This document shows, piece by piece, positions 22,776 to 35,579 of a DNA stretch of 64,000 nucleotides. The notes below the pieces were generated by a model that was not told the DNA's origin, ran no database searches, and saw only the letters and a list, made by a program, of their open reading frames with translations. A program made the position numbers and the translations under genes. The stretch spans positions 470,868-534,867 of the forward strand of contig NMRA01000242.1 in NCBI GenBank assembly GCA_002633005.1, in the 5' to 3' direction. The stretch comes from Phoronis australis. Taxonomy: Eukaryota; Animalia; Phoronida. Position 1 is the stretch's first letter; each line of letters begins with the position of its first letter.

Positions 22776-25700
22776 TTAACAGGGCAAATGCAGTTTCAAA
22801 TGGAAGTCACGGAAACAATTTGCTTTAATTTCATAATGCTTTGTTCTCTGAGAGATTGAGAAAATTCGTGTTTTGACTTCATGAAACATACCGTGTTCAA
22901 CAGCGAGTGAGTCCTTGTGTGTTTGGTTAACTGAAGTGAACACGGAACTGAGCAAGATGTTCTGAGGCGTGTACATACTTTCACTATTGTTGCAGACACA
23001 GCAGTGAAATTCTCTTGCGATTGTATTAAGGGTTTTACTGGTGCTGCATATAACCCAACACAACTGAATTGTAGTAGCCATAAGTGCTGACGCAAACCTA
23101 CCTTTCCGACCACGTTTAGCCTGCGGATGTTGATCTTTTTTTGGAGTCGACGACGTCTGGTGCGAACAAGAACTTGTAGATCGTGAGCTCGATGCTGTAG
23201 GATTGGCTTGATGTTCAGCCCGTGGGGATGCACCTCCGACTACCTGACAAAACGGTTCGCCAGACCTTGCTTCGCAAATGGGTGTCTCTTCTGCGGAAGA
23301 ACTCACGCTTGACGAGGATGGTTTCAATATACCGTAAGCTACGGGACCGGACCATGTGATTCCGATGTAAAATTTCACTCTCTTATGACGCCACGTATCG
23401 AAAGAAACTGGCACTGCCGAAGGTATCTTTAAAATCTGGTCGCGAAATGTTCCATAAAAGAACTCGACACTGTCCAATTTGTCGGTCATTCTTCCTTCGA
23501 ACTGATTAAGTAGATCTTTAACTTCACCAGATACCCAGAAGTTCTGTCCATGGTAATTGGTTTTAAATTTGGAATGGTGAACAAAACGTTCGATTCCATC
23601 ACCCTTTGCAAGGAAAAATACAGTTTTCTGTTTTATTCCGTAGAATTGGTGCTTGCTTTTCGGTGGATATTTCTTGTCATAATCGTTTTTCCAGTATTCT
23701 ATCACACGATTTAATGGTGTAGGTAGTCGCTGCTTGTCTTTGTCACCAAGGCTTGGCCAGTTTAGCATCACGTAGAACAAGTATGGTTCCAGATATATTC
23801 CACACTGAGAGATGGTTGTTCTTTGCTCAAATAAGTCATGGCTCCATTTTACCAACACGTCGTAGCTGGGTTTTAAGGTGTTCAAACTTGTTTCCAATAT
23901 ACACGCGCGAGTGATGTATGCGCCCAATAGAATCAATAGATCCATAGAATTTTTGAATTCTGATTTCCAGTTGTCGGACATCAGTTGACACACGTCTCGC
24001 AAAACATTGTTTGCCTCGACTTCTTTAGTTTTGGACATTTGTACCATAGCGGAAAAGGAGTTACCACAAAGTCTGAGCGCCCGCCTTCTCCTGTATTCGG
24101 ATTTTCCCAACTCTTCAAGCGAATCCGGTACTTCATTTTTGTCTTCACCAAAATAGTATTGCAGATTTTCCTTCACTTTCGCAATTTCCATTTGCATGGA
24201 CTTTTTCTGGGCAAGCTGTACGTTATCAAGATACTCCTCTCGAACTTGAGTTTGAAGTTCTTCTACAACTACAAGCGTCTCTTGGACGGTTTGTCCCAAC
24301 ACCTTCAGTTTTTGGACTAGTTCATGATTTGAGTTTTGCCAGCATTGTACCGAATCCGGATAATAGTCATGTTGAAAAAAGAACTTCCGCAAGTCTTCGT
24401 CACACAATTCCGGGATATTCTGCAAAAACTTGAGCAGTCTGTTGATAGTATCAAGCTCGCCATGATATCCCGCCATGTTGGTAACACCTTGATAACTGCC
24501 CGGCAGGCTGTACCGTTGAGCTTCTTTGAATGCAGTTATGGCATCAAATGCACATCGTATAACATCCAAAGCAGGTGCTATCGTGTGATCAGATTCTCTT
24601 TGAACCTTTAAGGCCTTTACCAGTTGTTGTTTATAAACTTGACCGTATGTGTCATGCAAATACGAACTTTCTGGTCTTTGCTCCAGGCCAGCCTTGGCAT
24701 AATATAATGCTCTCTGATGATTATGATCATTGTAGCTATCTGTCTCGGAATACATAAAAAACCTTGCTATCTGTTGAGCAATGAATGGATCGTTAAAAAT
24801 CTTGTAGCCTTTCTCGAGAAGATCGGCAGCGATCTGATGCGACTCTGCGTTCATCACGTGGTCAATCAGTGGTGCATACTTAGATTTGTGGTCCAAACCT
24901 TCTTCCTGGACACGCTTTTTAAGAACATCCCGCACTATGTCGTGCAACGGTTTCATAAAGTAAGTAGACTTCTGTGTAATCTCAGTGCAGTCAAGTAGTT
25001 CGTTGCAAATTTCACTCACTGTTTGTTTCTGTGTAAAGGTGTCAAGAATTTGTTTCGCTAGAATTCTGTTGCACGCAGTTATCCCTTTGTAATTGTTGCA
25101 GCGCGTTTTGCTCACTAACAACTTCCAAGACTCACTAGCTGTTCTTTCCCACTGAGGCTGACTTGAAAGATGGGATCGTTGACGCCTAGGAACCGTTACA
25201 CCAAAGCTATAACTATTTGGTTTATGATTGTAAGACATGATTTGATCAAAGGCACACACAGGGACAGGTCTGAAGTCTTGATCAAAATAATTCAGTAGGG
25301 ACACGTATTTGAGTATCATACGTTCCGCTGTGTCTGTCATGTTACCGAGAAGATTTTCAACGGTGCCCTTGATTGCATCCTTGTTAAAGCTAGTCTTCAT
25401 AATGTTGAAAGAAAACAAATACCTTGGATCGAAACCTCCTCTGTTTTTGTACTCTAGTTCAAGCTCTTCATATTTCTTTCCAAACCAATCCAATTCTTCT
25501 TTGTACAACTGATGTCGGAGTGCAAAACTTTCACCTGCCGGAATTGTGGTTTGGCGTCTACATATCAGTAGAACCACACTGAATCTGTTAAATGAACTTT
25601 CTTCGAAGTTTTCATCTTCTCGTTGGTTTTCTCTCTCCTCCCATTGTTGACGTTTTGCTAAAGTTTCCAGTTCTGTCCTAAGTTGTCTGATGTTCTCAGG

Positions 25701-27811
25701 ATCTTCATTGTCCAACAGCACAAGAACTGGCCGTGTTTGACTTTCCCGTTCTTCTCCAAAAGTTCGCAGTCTGAAGACATGCTCGCTTGTCTTAGAGGGA
25801 GATATTTCTTTCGCCACTGCACACCGATACCTTTTTCGGAGTTCCCATAATACATGACGACTGCTAGTTGTAGCTCCCGCACCCGGCTGATGATAAAAGT
25901 TGATTATTCCAACACAATCTCCGTCAACATTGTCGGATGGCTTCCCTCCCAACGTCTCTTCAACGAATTTAAACAATTTCGAGTGAATGTGACGTTGACA
26001 AACATGTTCATAGGCAAAATTTTGCCAACTAACTTTCCCTCCTTTAAAAAAGCGAGTCTCTTCTTGTCTCTTCCAGTAACTGACGTCTTTGACTTTTGTC
26101 AATTTTTTTAACTGTTCTTCACATTCATCCATTCCTACAACTTCTAAAGAAGTAAGGTCATTCTGTTCCTGAAACGTGATTGCCCCTCGCGAAGACGGTA
26201 TTTTGCAGATCACATTTAGCTTGGGCTCATGCAGCAGTTTTACATATTCTGAAAACAGATGCCAGGGAATTCCCGCGATGCTTTTACGAAGTACAACCCC
26301 TTCCTTTTGATACTTTCTGTTAATCACTTCCTTATTCCACCTGTCGAGCAGTTCCTCATCTTCGCAAACAACACACCAATGGTTTGGAAATGCCCTGTCA
26401 AGTTCGGTGAAAATTTCCAGCATGATCTCAAAATTTGTTGACAACAGCGCGATTATAACCATGGCGCGAGTGCTAGGGACTTCTTTTTGCAAGACACTGA
26501 TGATATTTCTGAGTCCGTCTGTGTATTGTCTTCTCCACTGTACCGGTTCCTCTATCCCCGTTTCTTCGTAGCCGTTCATAAATGTCCACGGAGTATAATT
26601 TGAGGCCAGTATATGAATATCGTCGCGATCAATGTCGCCAATCTTTTTGATAGAAATTGATTCGCCTTTGCACATGAGATATTTGCAAATCTCAGCGCGG
26701 TTATCGAAGTCAAAAACTGCAGACCACTGGATCGCGTCAACAAACGAGTATCGGTCGGCTACTTCCTCAGACGATGGCCTTGTGTCCGGTAAGGAATTAG
26801 CAACAAGTATAGGGAACATTCCGTCATCAATATGATCATTACCTAAAGTCATAAAATCAGCTAGTTCGCTAAATTTTTCTGAGAAAAACGATGGAGGTCT
26901 TCTGTCTCCCCCCTTTAAGGCCATTTCCCTAGCTTTACGCCAAACAAATCTTTCCTTTAAAAATTTTTTTTGTTTAACTGAAACAAGTTGTTCAACTTTA
27001 CCGCTTTCCAAAACAAAAAAAATCGAACTCTTGTCTTGCTCGAAAGTGACGAATATTTCTTGATTGTCCACGCTTGGTGTGATCCCCAGTTCTATAACTT
27101 TCAGACTACTAACGTTTGCCTCTGAGTCCTCCACGTCGATAAAAACTAGCTGGGAGATTTGCGCACCAATCATCTTTCGCTGGTCTTCTGGAAAACTTTC
27201 CAGAATTCGTTGTCGTAAACAATATACATCGCTCTCTAACTGAATACCATTGACTGTACCATTGGTATGAACACCCAAATGAATTATGCCATTCTGAAAA
27301 GCGTTTAGACAAGCCGCAATTGTAGAAACCACTTCTTTCAAAACCGTTGCGTCATTAAACCCGTCTGCACAGGAATTGAAGTAGTGAAAATCTGCCAATA
27401 AATCATTTTCAGGGACCTCAGGCAGAGAATAACGTTTGTTATGTACGTATCTTGAATCTTTTCCAGATTTGCCTCGTTGACGAAAACTCGGAACTTTACC
27501 ACGTTCCACGTGTTTGCGAGCAGGTTCCACAGCTTGTAAAGGGGAGTTAGTAGACTTTGCCACCAGCAACTTACTGAACTCGTCGTCTAGGTTCAGTATT
27601 TTTCCTGCAGTTAAATTGGGACTAACAAACTGTTTAATGAAAGCATCACGGTTTTCCCTTTTCATCAGTCTACAGAGAGCTTTTCCGCTTATCTCCTGAG
27701 ACTCGAAATCCTGTGCTTGTTCCTCACTGAACTCACAAGTGTCTATTAGCCATTGTTTCACTTCAAGAGGAGTTTTTGTCGCGAAGTCACACTCGGTTTC
27801 CATCGAGTCAC
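22776..27811 (-). CDS. SAMD9/SAMD9L-like gene B main exon: SAM - AlbA_2 - SIR2-like - STAND P-loop NTPase - TPR - OB fold (1675-aa ORF from ATG 27803)
   Basis: SAM (EVKQWL...FESQEISGKAL); AlbA (AACLN..NGIIHLGV); SIR2-like (PILVAN..WSAVFDFD, WTFMNG); Walker A YHQPGAGATT..HVLWELRKRYRCAV; Walker B PVLVLLDNE; TPR (PFIAQQIAR, SYLHDTYGQVYK); C-terminal KVKFYIGITWSGPVAYGI-type motif. All match SAMD9 family motifs as I recall them. Acceptor TTACAG|CAG|GTGACTCG-ATG. Confidence 0.96.
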
Positions 27812-29082
27812 CTGCTGTAACAGACGGTGTGACACATTGACATTAAAATCAACGATACTGCTACTTCTACTGCTACTACAAGTACTGCTACTGCTGCTGT
27901 TATTGCAAAATGATATTAATAATAGTAACAGTAGCAATAACAGTGATAATATTACTTACCATATGAAGCAATGAAAAAAGGAAAGCGCTCTGAAAAGCGA
28001 CACTTGGTGAAAGAAATTAAAAATTTAAAGGTGATGTCGACGACAAACCAAGAACATAAACAATCATGACCCCTACACTAATACGATATGAATCGTGATC
28101 TGGAGTGTGCGAACAAAGAAGCAAACACAAAAAAAAAAAACAAAAAACAAAAGTGCATCAAAAATCAGTCATCAAAGGAACAGCGTCACGAGAACATTCC
28201 GAATAATAAAAAAAGAGATGTCCTGGCGAAAAATGAAAGACATCTTCTGAAAGCCCGCTCAAAACTCTATCGGAGTAATTTAAAAAATCCACACAATTTT
28301 CGAAAAATTTCAAGTTTTGCATTTTTTTAAAGTGAAAGTCAAATAATTAAAAACTGATGTCTAAGAAAAAATTGTTGGTGTTCATTTGAAAGGGTATACC
28401 TTATAGTATTAAAATGCAAAAAATACGTCATTTACTCTTCCTGTTCAAAATAGCACCCCAGCACGATTTGAAAAATAATGAAAATGCCTCAGATCCGCCA
28501 TTTTGAAAACAGGTTCCAGTCAAGCAGCATTTGACAAGAGCTACTGAGCTAAAACTAATACATGGACATTTTGGAAGCAGAGTCTCCAGTATTTGTGAAC
28601 AATTAATTAAGGCATGCCACAATGTTCCACAATGATTTTACATATAACGTCGGACTAAATTACAACAATCATTTTCGAAATATCGTCTACTGACCGCACA
28701 TTCGAAAGCAAATGGATTGCACAAATAACCTAGGCCATTTTTTCTACAAACGAGAACGGTAAGCCTACCCTCTAATCCATATTATAAATCTGTTATGCCA
28801 GGTGTGCTAAGCTCTGTCTCGAACTGCTAAAACTAAACTATTAGGTCATGATAAGTGCTGTCTCTGAGGACGGAATAGCAATTCCTCCAGGATGGGATTA
28901 CTTACCAATCTAGATACACTACATAGAAGGACCCTGAAAGAAATTTACTTTCAGTGCCTCGAAATCTGTTGAAGCAATTTATTTCGTAGCAGATATCGAA
29001 CACTTAAACACCTACCACAGGAACAGCAATGGTCGATAATATTGTGTTCCAGTCAACATTTCTTTCTGTGTCACACACTCAC

Positions 29083-29374
29083 CTATTTTTTCACAAACTT
29101 TCGCAGGAGTTTTGTCAAGCAGGTCACCCAGGTACTTGCAGTTGCGGATGGTCAGAATCTGCCGAAAGTTGAGATATGCACTGGGGCCTCTGGTAGGCAA
29201 TATTTGCAACAACAGCTTGTTTTTGTCCTCAGTGGCGTTTTTAGCAGAAATTCTATTCAGGTCGTCCCTATTAATAGTACCCTTAGAGAACAACTCTTGG
29301 ATAACTTCGTCAGGGATGTCGGAGATAAGGATTTGGTGATTATGCTGCAGCTTCCATTGCTCTTCTTCGTTCAT
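29083..29374 (-). CDS. CARD exon of SAMD9-like gene B
   Basis: MNEEEQWKLQHNHQILISDI...LLLQILPTRGPSAYLNFRQIL. Acceptor TTTCAG lies 7 nt before the ATG (same spacing as gene A); donor ATAG|GTGAGT at 29083/29082. 292 nt = phase 1, joining in frame to 27811 (or 27814). Confidence 0.9.
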
Positions 29375-29743
29375 GTTGTTGCTGAAATTAAGAAGATCGA
29401 AAGCATCAGTAATTTAAGAACACCCTTCAAGGTTTTGCTTACCTTTGCAATAGGAAATGAGAGTTCCAATCTTAGTACACTGATACGTGTAACGTTGAAA
29501 TGTCACTGGACAATTATATGAATTATAAGGGACTCTTAAAATCGACTAACCTTTATCCGTACCCGCATTAAAGTTTCCTCCGTCGAATTGCGCCACTGGT
29601 AGGGTTACCTATGATTACAGGCCTAAGTATGACGACAAAGCATGACTAGCGAACATGCATGGAGGGTCCGGTACTGATTGTCTTTCCTATTCTGAAATGA
29701 CCCTTTCAGAGAAATCAGCTAATTTCATTGATCTGTGACTTAC

Positions 29744-30250
29744 CGAGAGGGGTTTTCTAAGAAATACGCAGAAGTTTTCGACCCGTTCTATCTCGCGCCT
29801 GATTAGGTTTGACATGTGAAAGAAATTAAGGTTGTGTACTATTAGAAGAACGAAATAGTAAAGAGGAACGCCTCTATACGATATAAAAGGGGTCGAATTA
29901 GTTCTAGACTAAACTGCGTTTCCTCAAATACGACCGTTTCGCCTTCCCTGCAAACAACAGGCTGGGAAAATCCGGGGAAAACCGACCCAGTGGTAATTCA
30001 GTGGTTATTTGCCTAGTCTCGAAACCAAACTAATCGCTTAGTTCAGTGCTTTACCCTGTCAAAACTAGTTTACATTTTAAAGGCTCTTTGCACAGGCCTC
30101 TTTTGTGAGGCATCCTGATTGTCAGTTCTGAAACCTGATGTCGTCAAAAATCCGTTTAACCGTTTAAATAGACCATGTTAGTCTCCACACACAAAGCAGT
30201 CCTGGTGGCGGGGAGCGGAACTATCTGACGAATTTCGACTCTTAATCTAC
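29744..30250 (-). promoter_or_regulatory. Putative promoter + non-coding first exon of gene B
   Basis: Donor G|GTAAGT at 29744/29743; GGGAAAATCC-GGGGAAAACC at 29964-29983; conserved with 9347-9870. Confidence 0.6.
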
Positions 30251-33200
30251 ACCACGGCCAACCCGCGATCGAGAACGCCCGGAAGACTATCGAGAACGAA
30301 ATTTGGCGCGAGAAGCGAAGCCAGGCAAGGTGAGTAAATTTGATGAATTTTCGTTGTTTTTACTTCAAATGTGAAAACAGAGACATGAGTTCAAGGCGTA
30401 ACACATTGAGGAGGGGCAGGTAGACGTTTAGGCTAGTGTCTCTTCCAGTCATAAGAGAAAAGTTACGTTAACCGAGGCATCCCATGAGCCGAAGGTGATT
30501 TGTATGCCATTTTGGCAAATGGCAGTTAATTTTGGCACTAAATCAATAAATTGACCATGAAGTTATGAAGAAATGACGTGTAAAAATATAACGCAATGCT
30601 TGTTTTTTGTAGCTTTGTCAGGATCTCTGATTTTTCGAAGCTTTTCTGTTGAAAGATAAGCGATCGAGAACGCAAATTTGTGTTTCGTTTATGCGATCGA
30701 GAACGCATCGTGGTGTGTCGAACAATAATGAACTTTTTACCTATAAAACGTGAAAAAGTTACAAAATAAATGTTGTGCAATGAATTAATCACATTTTGCG
30801 TCCTTACTGTGTTACTGATCAACAGCATAGCATATTTCCATTAAATTGCCATGAGCACTACATGTACATGAAGCATAATTTTAGTTTCACAAATGAATTT
30901 ATTTTCATTTCAGGAAACAAGTTCAATGTTATTGTGAGGCGAGCTTCAACGAACATGTTACCCACGACGTGAAGGTACACCTCTCCAGGGTTTTGAAATA
31001 CAGACATTACTTTTATTGGAAACGACTGAGAACAAAGGGTTCTAAACTGAAGACTCACCCAGGAATTGTTACATGTGGCCTGTCAGACAGGGGTAAACAA
31101 ATTGTTGCAGCAGATGAAAGTATAGAATCTTCTTGTAAAAATGTGACAGCAAAAGGAAAAAACAAATAGCCAGTGAAGTCAAAGAATGATGATGTGCTTG
31201 TCCATGGGGAGCGGGAGGAGTGTGGCAACACCATGCACGAGATGATTCAAAGATTCCCATTCATAAACGTCTGGGATCTAAAAATTGGTCAGAAGTTGTG
31301 TAAACTGATGTGCTGATAAAATGGGGAGATTTCACTTGATGTCTTACTGATAACATCCATACAGAGATGAACAGATTGACTTGTGGCATCCGTGTGGCTT
31401 GAATACCTGTGTACGTTTGTGTTTGACTCTTCTGTTTTATTCTTTTGGTCCAAGTTCACCTGCATCATCAGTTCATGATCTCCAGTTCATGTGACATTGA
31501 AAACGATTGAGACAGGTATATATAATACATGTACTATAGTATGATTTTCTCAAAACGTAGTGAACATGTCGTCATTAAGGTCACTTGAACTACACACTGT
31601 ACAGGCCCGTAGCCGGGGGGGGGGGGGGGGGGGNGTTCGATCGAACCCCTCCCGCGAAAAAGGTCCAGCCCCAGCATATCCATTACGGTAAGGATATATG
31701 TCAATTAAATCAGTTTTTGGCCACAGTAATATTAAAAAACTGGACAATAGCCGCACAGATAAAAAAGTTCATGTTCAATTCAATGTTTCGTCTTTATCAT
31801 TAGACACCATCAGGATCATATTTACAACAATTTAGGACAACAAGTGCCAACATACAGCTCAGGTAACATCCAAAAAGTGAAGTGAGAGATACAGAGAATA
31901 TAGTCAGTAGCTGGTCATCACCATAGTTGCAGGGTCACTGAGCTCTGCATGTTATTCAGAGAATCAGTGGCATGCTGGTTCTGAATGGCCAATGACTCTT
32001 TAATGTACAGTAACTCCTTATTAGGTTCTCTACAGATAATACCAACTGAATTACCTTGGTGATTGTTGCTAACAAGAAAGAAGACATTTCACAACCGTGT
32101 GTTCGTGTACTGAGAAAATCCAGCCGACGAGCACATTCACATTTTTTCATATTATTTGGAAAATGTAAGTTTAGACCTAATAAAAACCGTTGGTCAATGA
32201 ATAAGTCTCCTCGTTTAAACTGTTGTCAATAGCGCACGACCTTGCACACTTCATACGAGCTGCAAACATGATGGGATTTGTAAGGTTACATGTCACTACG
32301 CAGAAGGTTCACTACAACTCCAAAGGTTCTCTGCTCCGAAGGTCTACTACTCCGAATGTTCACCATTCCGAAACCAGTTTCCATCTCCAACAGTTAATTA
32401 CTATGAATGTCTACTAGTGAAGCAGAACTGACATGCATAAAATGTTATATTTGTGTCCATTTAGTAACCATGCATGGGCGGGGCTCCATAGGGGGCTGGG
32501 GGGCTATACACCCACTTTTTTCAGTGGTGCGCCGCCCGTGTGAAAAAATTGAATGGGTCTTAAAACATTGATTGTATTGTATCTAAAACGACTCGTACTC
32601 AAACAGGGACATCTGGGGCACGGGGATATTTTATTTCACGGATGCTACGACTAATGGGCGGCTTTAAATTTGAGGACACCGAATGTGACTCTCTGACACG
32701 GTAAAGACTTCCACGGATAGGGTAGTCTACTGCATTTATTTTCGACCCCGCAGTCATGCACGTAGTTCCGGTGCGGCGGGTGAAGTAGTGGATAAATTTC
32801 TCAGTCTCGCTGTGAAACGATCATGGACAGCGCCCGGGAAACGCCACTTACTTCAGTCCTGCGCCGCACATGAGATGGGATCTTGACATGGATGTTTAAA
32901 TGCATCGTGGTTGATAATTCATCAGTATTCCTACTTCATATTCTTTTAAATATGCAATTACGTATTAATATTTTTGTATTAATAAAATAAGAAACCCAAA
33001 TTTTGTGTATTAGTACCCGGGCGTTGTTACACCGGCCACTGCGTCAAATAACCGAAATATCGTCTATTTTACATATGTAAGCAAAAAAATTACACCTGAG
33101 TCTGAAATTTCATATATTTTTGGAGTTGTGAACCTTCTGAGTAGTGATTTTTCGGAGTAGCGGGCTGATCCCATTTCCAACATGGTGCAGAATTCTGAAA

Positions 33201-33925
33201 AAAATTTCGTCAAGTCATTCTCCGACTAAATATTTTCTTCCGATCATGGAGTTTAATAACTCATTTAAGCATGCATGGTTCGATAGTTTGTCAAAGGGTA
33301 ACGCCCAGTAAAAAGAGAACTTTCTGGATCACATTAGATCGGAGTTTGGAACTCGTCTTTTACGAGTAATCGCCATGGCATCCTCGCTTTTGGGATAGGC
33401 TTGCGGATATCGTCTCATCCCAGGAAAACGGAGCTGAGAGTCATCGTCGTGTATACGAATTTCCCTTCTGCCGAGTTTAGCTGCGTAAGGGCGCTACAGA
33501 AAAATCTACATTGCCAACGTTTGCGAAATATTATCAAAAGGTCCACCGTTTTAGAAATTCGAACCACTCCCCACACAATGCTGGCTACGGGTCTGCTGTA
33601 GTGATTTACACAGGAAATCAACAATATTATAGCATTTCTATTATACTATTAATCTTTTATCTCACATCTCAAAATTGGTCATACAAAAACATATAAAATA
33701 TTGCTTTAGGGGAAATCAACATTACAAATTCATTGAACATTTCCTACGAATTACTTTTTGAATGTATTGGACTGAATCATCACTGAATCCTAGACAATGT
33801 ATTTAGAACTGATTGATAGTATAACAGTCTCTCACAGGAAATCAACAACAATATGAAAGCAATTTCTACAATATTCATAGACATATATTTTCTCTTAGCA
33901 TACTAATTGGTCACAACAATTGTAT

Positions 33926-35240
33926 GTAAGTAAGTAAGTAATTTTTTATTATAGTGACATGTGTTCAAATGAATTTAAACAATGAATACGTCACAAACAC
34001 CAGGAACACCCAGCCCTCCACGGGCCTTATAAGTCACTTTAGATACATGATACAAAAAAGAAAAGACAAGTGTACGCACATTGCAAGAGGACCAGAAAGA
34101 GAAGGCCGAGATAAAAGTGATCATAAATAAATGTAATTTTTCCTTACTTCAAAAATATTTTTGATGAAAACTGAAGTTTTTCTAATAACATCTTTTTGCA
34201 TGATTGTAATTAATTTACTTTCACAGCTTTCTGCACGGAATCGTGGATATTTAATCTCAACTTAACAATAAAAGGTGTTTCTGGCATCTAAGAAAAACGG
34301 ACACTCAAACAGGAAATGTAATTCAGTTTCGACCTGACCAGTATGACAAAGACAGCAAATTCTGTCATCAAAATCTAGAGAACGAAAACGCCCAACCTCA
34401 ACCAATAGCTGTAGGGTTCCGGTTCTTATTTGAGCAAGAATTGACCTACTAGGCCGAGTTAAGTCTAAATGCACGTAAGGCTCAACTTCAAAGACATTCT
34501 TCATCAAAACATAGGTTCTTAACTTTGGTTTCGAACGGCTTTCAAACAACCACCTATTACATGCTAAATCATGCAAAATATTCTCACAGTGAGACAGATT
34601 AACTGAACGAAAGTCATGAAAACAATCCGAAATCCCTAATTCTTCAAAACTGCTCAAGACTTCAGACGACCAATTATTAGTACAAGTAGTGTAGTCCCAC
34701 CAAAATATTCGGTATGTTAGTCTATTATCCTCGAAATTAATATTACGATTCCACATTCTCAAAAGCTCAATTTTCCGCCTAACACTGGGGAATTCCCACC
34801 CCATGTCACCCACAACAGCATGATTAGGAGCGAATTTGTGAACGCCCAAGAAAAATCGCGCGGCTCTATTCTGTATAACATCAGAATCCTGTAGACTAGA
34901 GCCGCCCAGACAACTACGCAATAATCTCTAACATACACAACACAAGCACTGAATAATGTAGTGAACGTTCTGCACCTCATATTTTTATTCTTTTTAAATT
35001 TATTAATTAAAGCGCCCAAAGCTCTTCCGGCAGATTCGGATAGAGTTTTAGCAGTTTCAGAAAACTTCAAATGTTCATTTATAATTATTCCTAAATATTT
35101 ATATTTGGGTACATATTCTAGGTCTAGGCGACCCAACCGAAATGGATATAAACTACGCGAGACATGCTTGGATCTGAAGTGAATAACATTAGTTTTTTCC
35201 TGATTGACAATTAGCCTCCATTTAGAGCACCGAAGCATTT
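33926..35240 (-). mobile_element. 5'-truncated LINE (RTEX-like) with C-terminal CCHC region and (TTAC)n tail
   Basis: KWRLIVNQEKT, YKYLGI, SKPKLRTY, GR...RICCLC..VETELHFLFEC; one frameshift; AATAAA then (TTAC)4 at 33926-33950. Confidence 0.8.
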
Positions 35241-35579
35241 CTATTATACTATTTTAATAGTATAATTGGGCAATACTTACATACTTAAAAGTATGTAAGT
35301 ATTGCCCAATGACAAGTAGTATGGCCATTTAAATCTACCTAAATATTACAAAATGATCCTTTTGAAATAACACAAATATAGAAAGAAACTTGAGGAAAAA
35401 GGGTTCAAAACAATATGTCAAAGTACTTATCACATCAGACAACTACCAAGCTTAAACTCTGTAAATCTTAATACTGAAACTATAGTGACTTGACAACCTT
35501 CACCACTGAACTTAATGATTTCATTCATGACGTTTCTGCTTGCTATGCCTGTAGAAATAGGCATACTGTTTGCATAACA

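Noticed and set aside
25866-25893. Walker A lacking Lys (GAGATT) as a sign of a dead NTPase
   Set aside because: Vertebrate SAMD9 has the same Lys-less GxGGTT-type loop, so this is a family trait.
22796-27974. Many short ORFs antisense to or overlapping the SAMD9 exon
   Set aside because: Shadow frames of a long coding exon.
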